From the NCBI GenBank assembly GCA_964347065.1, contig CAYFXN010000005.1, positions 1-61,719 on the forward strand: a stretch of DNA of 61,719 nucleotides, read 5' to 3'. Below the pieces are notes generated by a model. That model worked only from the letters and a program-made list of their open reading frames with translations. It was not told the DNA's origin and made no database searches. This document shows, in pieces, positions 55,741 through 61,719 of this stretch (position 1 is the stretch's first letter; every line of letters begins with the position of its first letter). A program made the translations under genes and the position numbers. This DNA is from an uncultured bacterium. Lineage in GTDB: Bacteria > Desulfobacterota > Deferrimicrobia > J040.

Positions 55741-57189
55741 ATGAAAATTAAAGGGATGGAACTGGAAAAAATCAATGATTTCATGTGGAAGATTCCAAAG
55801 GACGGCAAAATGCTCGTTCCCGGTGTAGTCTTCGCCTCGAAAAAGATACTGGAGGATATTGTCAGAGACGATTGCCTGCAGCAGGTGATGAACGTGGCTC
55901 ACCTTCCGGGTATTGAAAAGTACAGCATTGCTATGCCGGATATCCATCGGGGTTATGGTTTCCCCATCGGTGGTGTTGCTGCCATGGACATGGAAAGGGG
56001 TGTCATAAGCCCGGGAGGCGTCGGTTACGACATCAATTGCGGGTGCAGGCTGCTCCGGAGCAACCTCGAACTCAAAGACGTTGAACAGGATCTCGATAGG
56101 CTCGGTGCAGCACTTTTCACCAATATCCCATCGGGAGTCGGGAAAACAGGAAAAATAAAACTGAGCCGGAGCGAGGAGAAAAATGTCCTCATGCAGGGAG
56201 CCAAGTGGGCAGTCAGCCAGGGTTTCGGCTCATCGGATGACTTGGAAAAAACCGAAGACGGCGGTACATATGCCGGTGCCGATCCGGATGTGGTCTCGGA
56301 AACTGCGTTAAAGAGGGGGAGAAACCAGCTCGGGACGCTCGGTTCGGGAAATCATTTTCTCGAAATCGATATTGTGGATGAAGTATACGATGCCGATGCA
56401 GCCGATGCCTTCGGCCTGAGAAAGGGACAGGTTGCAGTGCAAATCCATTCCGGATCGAGAGGCTTTGGGTACCAGGTCTGTGACGATTTTCTGGCGGAGA
56501 TGATTAGCTACATGCGGGAGAACCGCCTCGATCTGCCGGACAGGCAGCTTGCCTGCGCACACATTCACTCTCGGGAGGGGCAAAAATATCTCAAAGCGCT
56601 CGCCTGTGCGGCCAATTATGCATGGGCGAACAGGCAAGTTCTCTGCCACTGGACGAGGGAAACTTTTCAGCAGGTCCTGAGGGCAGGCCCCGATCACCTC
56701 GGGATGAGCATGGTCTATGACTGCGGACACAACATCGTAAAGATCGAGAACCATGAAGTGGAGGGGAAGCTCAAAAAACTCCTCGTCCACAGGAAGGGCT
56801 CGACGCGGTCTCTGCCTGCGGGAAGAGCGGAGCTCCCTGATGTGTACCGAGAAATTGGACAGCCGGTGCTTATCCCGGGTGATATGGGCAGCTGCTCTTA
56901 TGTGCTCGTAGGGCAAGAGAATGCGTTGACCCTTTCTTTTGGAAGCACCTGCCACGGCGCAGGAAGGGTGATGTCCAGGTCAAGTGCGAAAAAGCAGTTC
57001 CGGAAAAGGGATATACAAGGAGAGTTGCGCAAGAAGGGAATCAGGGTCTTCGTAGCCGGAAGGGCGACCTTGATGGAAGAGGTTTCCGAGGCGTACAAGG
57101 ATGTTTCAGATGTGGTGGAAGTGGTGCACCAGCTGGGAATCGCGAGGAGAGTGGCAAAGCTCAGGCCCGTTTTAGTGGTGAAAGGATAG
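55741..57189 (+). CDS. rtcB: RNA-splicing/repair ligase RtcB
   Basis: AMPDIHRGYGFPIGGV, VGYDINCG, LGTLGSGNHFLE, IHSGSRG, HRKGSTR, STCHGAGR. Confidence 0.97.
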   Translation: MKIKGMELEKINDFMWKIPKDGKMLVPGVVFASKKILEDIVRDDCLQQVMNVAHLPGIEKYSIAMPDIHRGYGFPIGGVAAMDMERGVISPGGVGYDINCGCRLLRSNLELKDVEQDLDRLGAALFTNIPSGVGKTGKIKLSRSEEKNVLMQGAKWAVSQGFGSSDDLEKTEDGGTYAGADPDVVSETALKRGRNQLGTLGSGNHFLEIDIVDEVYDADAADAFGLRKGQVAVQIHSGSRGFGYQVCDDFLAEMISYMRENRLDLPDRQLACAHIHSREGQKYLKALACAANYAWANRQVLCHWTRETFQQVLRAGPDHLGMSMVYDCGHNIVKIENHEVEGKLKKLLVHRKGSTRSLPAGRAELPDVYREIGQPVLIPGDMGSCSYVLVGQENALTLSFGSTCHGAGRVMSRSSAKKQFRKRDIQGELRKKGIRVFVAGRATLMEEVSEAYKDVSDVVEVVHQLGIARRVAKLRPVLVVKG

Positions 57190-57311
57190 GGAGCTGTGCT
57201 CCCGGTGGCGAGAAGTGTTAGTACCTGAGCTTTTATGTTTTGGTGGCGAAAACCTTCTGATAAGAAACACTTTGCTCCATCGATCGGTGAACAGTGATGG
57301 GTGTTTACCCG

Positions 57312-59369
57312 TCATAGGATGTCGTCCATAATCTTTTTCTTTTCTTCGCGCCTTTTTACTGCAGGTTGAAACCAGGGGGGAGTGGTTCCCAGCTTGAAGG
57401 GAACCATTATTCCCTTGTCGTTTCTACCCACCCGCAACCCGCTTTTTGGGTCCACCTTTGCGAAAACAATTCCCGGTGCAAGGTCGAATTGGGTGGAGGG
57501 ATATTTATTAATCGCTCTCTGCATGTATCGAATCCAGATGGGAAGGGCTGCAACTGCTCCCGTTTTTCCTTTTCCCATGGGAATGGGTTTGTCAAAACCC
57601 ACCCACACGCCCGCGAGGACTCTGGGGGAAAAGCCGATGAACCAGGCGTCTATGTAATCGTTCGTCGTCCCCGTTTTCCCCGATAGGTTGCTCCCGAGAA
57701 ATCTCGCTTTTCTTCCCGTTCCGTCCCGGATAACCGATTGTAGCATGTAGGTCATGATGTAAGAAGTCTCTGGAGATGTCACTCTTTCAGCGGCAGGTTT
57801 GTTGGTCTCGAGAACCTCCCCGTTGATATCCCTGACTTCTCTGATAAATATCGGCGTTGGTCGTTTGCCCAGGTTCCCTATTGAAGCGTATGCTTCGCAA
57901 AGCTCGATGAGGGAGAGGGATACGCTTCCAAGCGCCATGGAGAGATCGCTCGGTATAGGGGATTCAATTCCGAGATTCCTTGCCATCGTTATGGCCTTCT
58001 GGATGCCCACCTTCTCCAGAAGCCTCACCGTGGCAAGATTTCTTGACTTGGCAAAAGCCTCTCTGAGTGTAATGTCACCGAGAAATTTTCCGTCATAATT
58101 CGTGGGTTTCCAGTTTTCCTTCTCGTTTTTCACATACTCTACTGGATTGTCGCCAATTCTGTCTGCGGGTGTGTAACCCGAATCGATAGCTGCTGCATAT
58201 ATGATCGGTTTGAACGCAGATCCCGGTTGCCTCTTCGACTGAATTGCTCTGTTGAACTCGGATTCGGAGAAATCTCTTCCTCCAACTATAGCAAGGACTT
58301 CCCCGGTGGAGACGTCCATGGAAAAAAGGGCTCCTTGAAGTTCAATTTCTTTGGACTCCCCTTCATCTCCAGTATCCATGACCACTTCGATTTCTCCCTC
58401 CTCGATTTCACCCGTGACTTTTTTCCCATTGTTTATCGTGGCTTCGAGTTCAAGAATCCAGTCTTTGAGGCTTGTCTCTGCCACTCCCTGCAGTTCCCGG
58501 TCCATCGTCGTGAACACCTTAAGGCCTCCCTTATAGAGGGCGTCGTAACCATACTTTTCGAGAATGTAAATACGCACGTACTCGATAAAGTAAGACCCCG
58601 CAGATTTCTCCTGTTTTGGTACGAGATTTATCGGTTCCAGAGACGCCAAAATTGCATCTTCCGGCGTTAGGTATTTCTCATCCACCATTCTTTCCAGAAC
58701 GTACCTGCGACGTATGAGGGCCCTGTCCAAATGGATCCGGGGAGAATAAAACCCGGGAGATTTTGGAAGGCCGGCGATGAGGGCTATTTCTCCGAGGGTC
58801 AGCTCATCCGGTTCTTTCCCAAAATATGCCCTTGCAGCGGCTTCGATTCCGTATTGCCCCTCGCCGAGGTAAATCTGGTTGAGATACAAACCCAGTATCT
58901 CGTCTTTGGAAAGGTTGTTATCCACCTTGATCGCGAGCAAAATTTCCAAAATTTTACGCCGTATGCTCTTTTCCGGCGTGAGATAAAGAAGTTTCACCAA
59001 TTGCTGGGTTATGGTCGAGCCTCCCTGGGAAAACTTGAATTTTTCGATATTTTTTATGAGCGCCCGCATGATTCCCGAGAGATCTATTCCACCGTGAGAG
59101 TAAAATTTTGCGTCTTCGGCAGCGATAAAAGCCGTTTTTATGAGTTTCGGTATTTCGTCGACATGGATCGTTGTCCTTTTTTCGATGGCGAAATCACCGA
59201 TCAGATTGCCCTCCCTGTCGTAGAGCTTGGTGGCGTTGAAAGGGCGGTAATCTCTCAGCACAGAAACGTCGGGGAAGGGGCCGATGTGGTAGATTATTAT
59301 CGTTCCGAGGAGCATGCCTGCCATGAGGCAGGTCATCATGACTGTAATAATTTTGATCTTTCTTTCCAC
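57312..59369 (-). CDS. Class A penicillin-binding protein (PBP1A family)
   Basis: Glycosyltransferase AEDAKFYSHGGID, GGSTITQQL, LYLNQIYLG. Transpeptidase QPGSAFKP, SRN, KTGTTN. Confidence 0.95.
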   Translation of the reverse strand: MERKIKIITVMMTCLMAGMLLGTIIIYHIGPFPDVSVLRDYRPFNATKLYDREGNLIGDFAIEKRTTIHVDEIPKLIKTAFIAAEDAKFYSHGGIDLSGIMRALIKNIEKFKFSQGGSTITQQLVKLLYLTPEKSIRRKILEILLAIKVDNNLSKDEILGLYLNQIYLGEGQYGIEAAARAYFGKEPDELTLGEIALIAGLPKSPGFYSPRIHLDRALIRRRYVLERMVDEKYLTPEDAILASLEPINLVPKQEKSAGSYFIEYVRIYILEKYGYDALYKGGLKVFTTMDRELQGVAETSLKDWILELEATINNGKKVTGEIEEGEIEVVMDTGDEGESKEIELQGALFSMDVSTGEVLAIVGGRDFSESEFNRAIQSKRQPGSAFKPIIYAAAIDSGYTPADRIGDNPVEYVKNEKENWKPTNYDGKFLGDITLREAFAKSRNLATVRLLEKVGIQKAITMARNLGIESPIPSDLSMALGSVSLSLIELCEAYASIGNLGKRPTPIFIREVRDINGEVLETNKPAAERVTSPETSYIMTYMLQSVIRDGTGRKARFLGSNLSGKTGTTNDYIDAWFIGFSPRVLAGVWVGFDKPIPMGKGKTGAVAALPIWIRYMQRAINKYPSTQFDLAPGIVFAKVDPKSGLRVGRNDKGIMVPFKLGTTPPWFQPAVKRREEKKKIMDDIL

Positions 59370-59521
59370 CCTCTAACCTATTCGGGGAATTGAGGTGTTA
59401 TGTACTGACGCCGTAATTGTTAGAATATAGTATAACACTCGCATTTTGGTTAGCATATAATTTCTCCCTGTGAATATTCGTTTTTCCCGTAGCGTCTTCT
59501 CTTCGAAGGGAGGATGAGGCA

Positions 59522-60061
59522 ATGCAAAGAATACTGATGATGGCATGGATTGTGGCGTCTTTGTTCCTTTCAGGCTGTTTCGTCGAGAGCACCTTCGTTT
59601 TTGATGGTGAAGACGTGTTCATCGTGGAGTTTGCAAGCGTCGACTCTGAAGACGGCTTCGCCGATTCCAGCAGCATAATTCTCCACAGCGGCATACTCGT
59701 GGAGGAGGATCTTTCAACCGGATTTTTATCGTTTCACATCCACGCCATCCCCCGCCATGCCATAATCTCCAGTGCCTTTCTCTTTATCGGTGTTCACACC
59801 GTCTTCCCCGCCGCGGATTCGGTTTTCGTGGATATGTTTGTGGAGCCGGGGAGCTTCGCTGGAACATTTGAAATATTCGTGACCGATGAGAACAACTATA
59901 TTCTCCTCGATGTGACCGACGTGCTCATCGATGCAAGGAACGGTGGGTTCGACATCCTGGAAATTATCCTTGAAGCCAGGCATGGGGGGGTTTTTCTCGA
60001 AGACGGCGGGGACAATTTGAATACCGGTCTCATCCCTTTCATCGAGGTCACCTATCTCTAG
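59522..60061 (+). CDS. Hypothetical acidic lipoprotein (DNRLRE-like beta-sandwich)
   Basis: Lipobox LFLSGC, GGAGG RBS. GFLSFHIHAIPRHAIISSAFL and LLDVTDVL resemble DNRLRE/CBM96-type strands (weak). Confidence 0.6.
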   Translation: MQRILMMAWIVASLFLSGCFVESTFVFDGEDVFIVEFASVDSEDGFADSSSIILHSGILVEEDLSTGFLSFHIHAIPRHAIISSAFLFIGVHTVFPAADSVFVDMFVEPGSFAGTFEIFVTDENNYILLDVTDVLIDARNGGFDILEIILEARHGGVFLEDGGDNLNTGLIPFIEVTYL

Positions 60062-60086
60062 ATCATTAGGGAGAGGGGTTTTTATC

Positions 60087-60455
60087 ATGGACGAAAAATG
60101 GAGGCTGGTGAGCGTTTTGTCCCGGACGGGCGAATTGCTGACGGAGGCACACCTTTTAAGCTCTTTTTCCGGGAGGTTTTTCGGGCTTGCCTTCAAAGAC
60201 CTTCAGAGAATTACAAGGCCGGCAGTGTTGTATCCCTGCAGATCAATTCACACCTTTTTCATGAGATTTCCCCTGGACGCCTTCTTCGTTTCAGCCAGCG
60301 GAAATGTGGTGAAGATCATCAGAAATATCCCCCCCAACAGGGTAGTCTTGCCGGTTCATAAAGCGAGACTCGTAATCGAAATGCCCGCAGAAAAGGTTTA
60401 TCTTCCCGATGTTGAATCTGTTTATATCCCCGACCTGATTGCAAATAGCCCTTGA
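60087..60455 (+). CDS. DUF192 domain-containing protein
   Basis: RFFGL, PCRSIHTFFMRFPLDAFFV, VIEMPA. Confidence 0.85.
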   Translation: MDEKWRLVSVLSRTGELLTEAHLLSSFSGRFFGLAFKDLQRITRPAVLYPCRSIHTFFMRFPLDAFFVSASGNVVKIIRNIPPNRVVLPVHKARLVIEMPAEKVYLPDVESVYIPDLIANSP

Positions 60456-60501
60456 AAAATATATTCTTGAGGTAAAATAAAATCCCTATTGTATTAATTC
60501 A

Positions 60502-61263
60502 ATGGCCCGAAAAAAGAAAGTTACCCAGGAAGAGCTCGATTCTGCCCTCTCTGGCATCGTTCATGAAATCCGCAACCCACTCAACGCGCTAAACATTAAC
60601 AACCAGCTTCTTTCCGAATACGCCTACCTGCTTCCCGATTGGTTCGAAAAAAAGGAGGAAATGCAGGAAATCATCAGGTCGAATATGAGGGTGCTCTCGA
60701 GGCTCAACGATCTCATTTCGGAATTTTTACGATTTGCTCGCCCCAAAAAACCGGAATTTGTCGTTACCGAGCTGAACAGGATCATAGAGGAGGTTATTCG
60801 CTTCGTTGAAGTCGATTTTCGGGGAAGGGGGATAAAGGTGAAGTTTTACCCCGGCGATGGGTCGTATCCTGTTCTGGTGGACGAAAAAATGGTTAAGCAG
60901 GCGCTGCTCAACGTCCTTTTAAACGCTGCGGAATCGCTTGACAAGGAGGTAAAAATCATCAAGGTAACGTCCGGGAGAAAGAACGATGACTATTTCGTTT
61001 CTGTCAAGGATAACGGATGTGGAATCGGGAGGGAGGAGAGAAAAAAGGTATTCTCCGTGTTCTATACGACCAAGAGCGAGGGGAGCGGACTCGGATTACC
61101 GATAGTTCAGAAGATAATGAGAGCACATCATGGGAACATCCGCTTGAGGAGCAGGAAAAATAAGGGCACCGAATTCACGCTCGGCTTCCTCCCCGAGAAC
61201 CGTTTTCGTAAGATATTATCCACGAGCAACAGCGGCGTTCGCCTTCCGGAGGTGATCAAATGA
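60502..61263 (+). CDS. Histidine kinase core (HisKA + HATPase) with no sensor domain
   Basis: GIVHEIRNPL, QALLNVLLNA, DNGCGI, FYTTKSEGSGLGL. H-box at residue ~21. Confidence 0.92.
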   Translation: MARKKKVTQEELDSALSGIVHEIRNPLNALNINNQLLSEYAYLLPDWFEKKEEMQEIIRSNMRVLSRLNDLISEFLRFARPKKPEFVVTELNRIIEEVIRFVEVDFRGRGIKVKFYPGDGSYPVLVDEKMVKQALLNVLLNAAESLDKEVKIIKVTSGRKNDDYFVSVKDNGCGIGREERKKVFSVFYTTKSEGSGLGLPIVQKIMRAHHGNIRLRSRKNKGTEFTLGFLPENRFRKILSTSNSGVRLPEVIK

Positions 61264-61719
61264 AATCGCTCCCTGAATTTTCGGGGAAGAGGGTTACGGT
61301 CATAGATGATGATCGGGAAAATCTCGTCAGCATCGGAAAGGCTCTGTCGAGCCTGGGTTTCGAAGTGGATCTTTTCGGCTCTCCCGGCGAGTTTCTCTCT
61401 CGCCTGCCTGAGTCGGATGCCGACATTATCATAACGGATATGAAGATGCCGGATATCAGCGGCATGGAGGTTATCAAGGAGGTTCGGGAACATCTTCCGC
61501 AGGTTCCGGTGATCGTGCTCACCGCTTTTGGAACAATCGGAAATGCCGTCCTGGCAATAAAAGAGGGGGCAACGGATTATCTCCAGAAACCGATCGACAT
61601 CGAGGAGCTGAAGGGTGTGCTGATAAAAACCATGCGAGCCAGGGGAATGATGGAGGAACTGGGCACATTGAGGAGCCTCGTACGGACCGAGGTGGGTGAA
61701 ATCCTCTACCGGTCTCCCG
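61260..61719 (+). CDS. NtrC-family response regulator, partial (receiver domain and start of linker/AAA+)
   Basis: Not in the ORF track. ATG at 61260 (GGAGGTGA RBS, ATGA overlap): MKSLPEFSGKRVTVIDDD...IIITDMKMPDISG...LTAFGTIGNAVLAIKEGATDYLQKP...EILYRSP. Runs off the window. Confidence 0.9.
   Translation, partial: MKSLPEFSGKRVTVIDDDRENLVSIGKALSSLGFEVDLFGSPGEFLSRLPESDADIIITDMKMPDISGMEVIKEVREHLPQVPVIVLTAFGTIGNAVLAIKEGATDYLQKPIDIEELKGVLIKTMRARGMMEELGTLRSLVRTEVGEILYRSP

Noticed and set aside
59726-60196. 156-aa minus-strand ORF
   Set aside because: Antisense shadow of the lipoprotein and DUF192 genes, which have better RBS and motif support.
1-61719. Remaining antisense or nested ORFs in the six-frame track (e.g. 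6391-7248, 12370-13224, 31191-31961, 37330-38346, 40103-40993, 50324-51121)
   Set aside because: They lie opposite or inside well-supported conserved genes and show no family motifs.
1-61719. CRISPR arrays, IS/transposases, integrases, prophage, tRNA/rRNA, c-di-GMP (GEMM) riboswitches
   Set aside because: No regularly spaced repeats, DDE or tyrosine-recombinase motifs, cloverleaf or T-loop sequences, or GGCAAA...GACGCAAA signatures were seen by manual reading.

Overview
A gene-dense chromosomal window from a diderm (LolA, BamD, Tat), probably anaerobic bacterium. Gene order (pgpA-cinA-thpR-recA-pilT-recX-alaS; rnj-ftsK-lolA-rimO-dksA; archaeal-type aroA'/aroB') looks deltaproteobacterial; this is inferred from gene content, with no database search. 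About 60 CDS were called. I saw no rRNA, tRNA, CRISPR array, transposase or integrase. The notable features are as follows. (1) An unannotated leader ORF with a WHFWWFY codon run, a candidate antiterminator and a strong intrinsic terminator sits directly upstream of the archaeal-type aroA'/aroB' genes, giving a candidate pan-aromatic ribosome-mediated attenuator. (2) Two separate HEAT-repeat + HD-GYP gene pairs occur, and all four proteins share one unnamed ~110-aa N-terminal 'Y-P/S-x-x-H-P' domain. (3) One of those HD-GYPs has RxxQ instead of Rxx(K/R), a change associated with 3',3'-cGAMP specificity. (4) A PilT-type retraction ATPase is fused to an MshEN c-di-GMP-binding domain. (5) A metallophosphoesterase-archease-RtcB RNA-repair operon is coupled to a CoA-dehydratase activase pair. 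All calls rest on motif recognition by eye.
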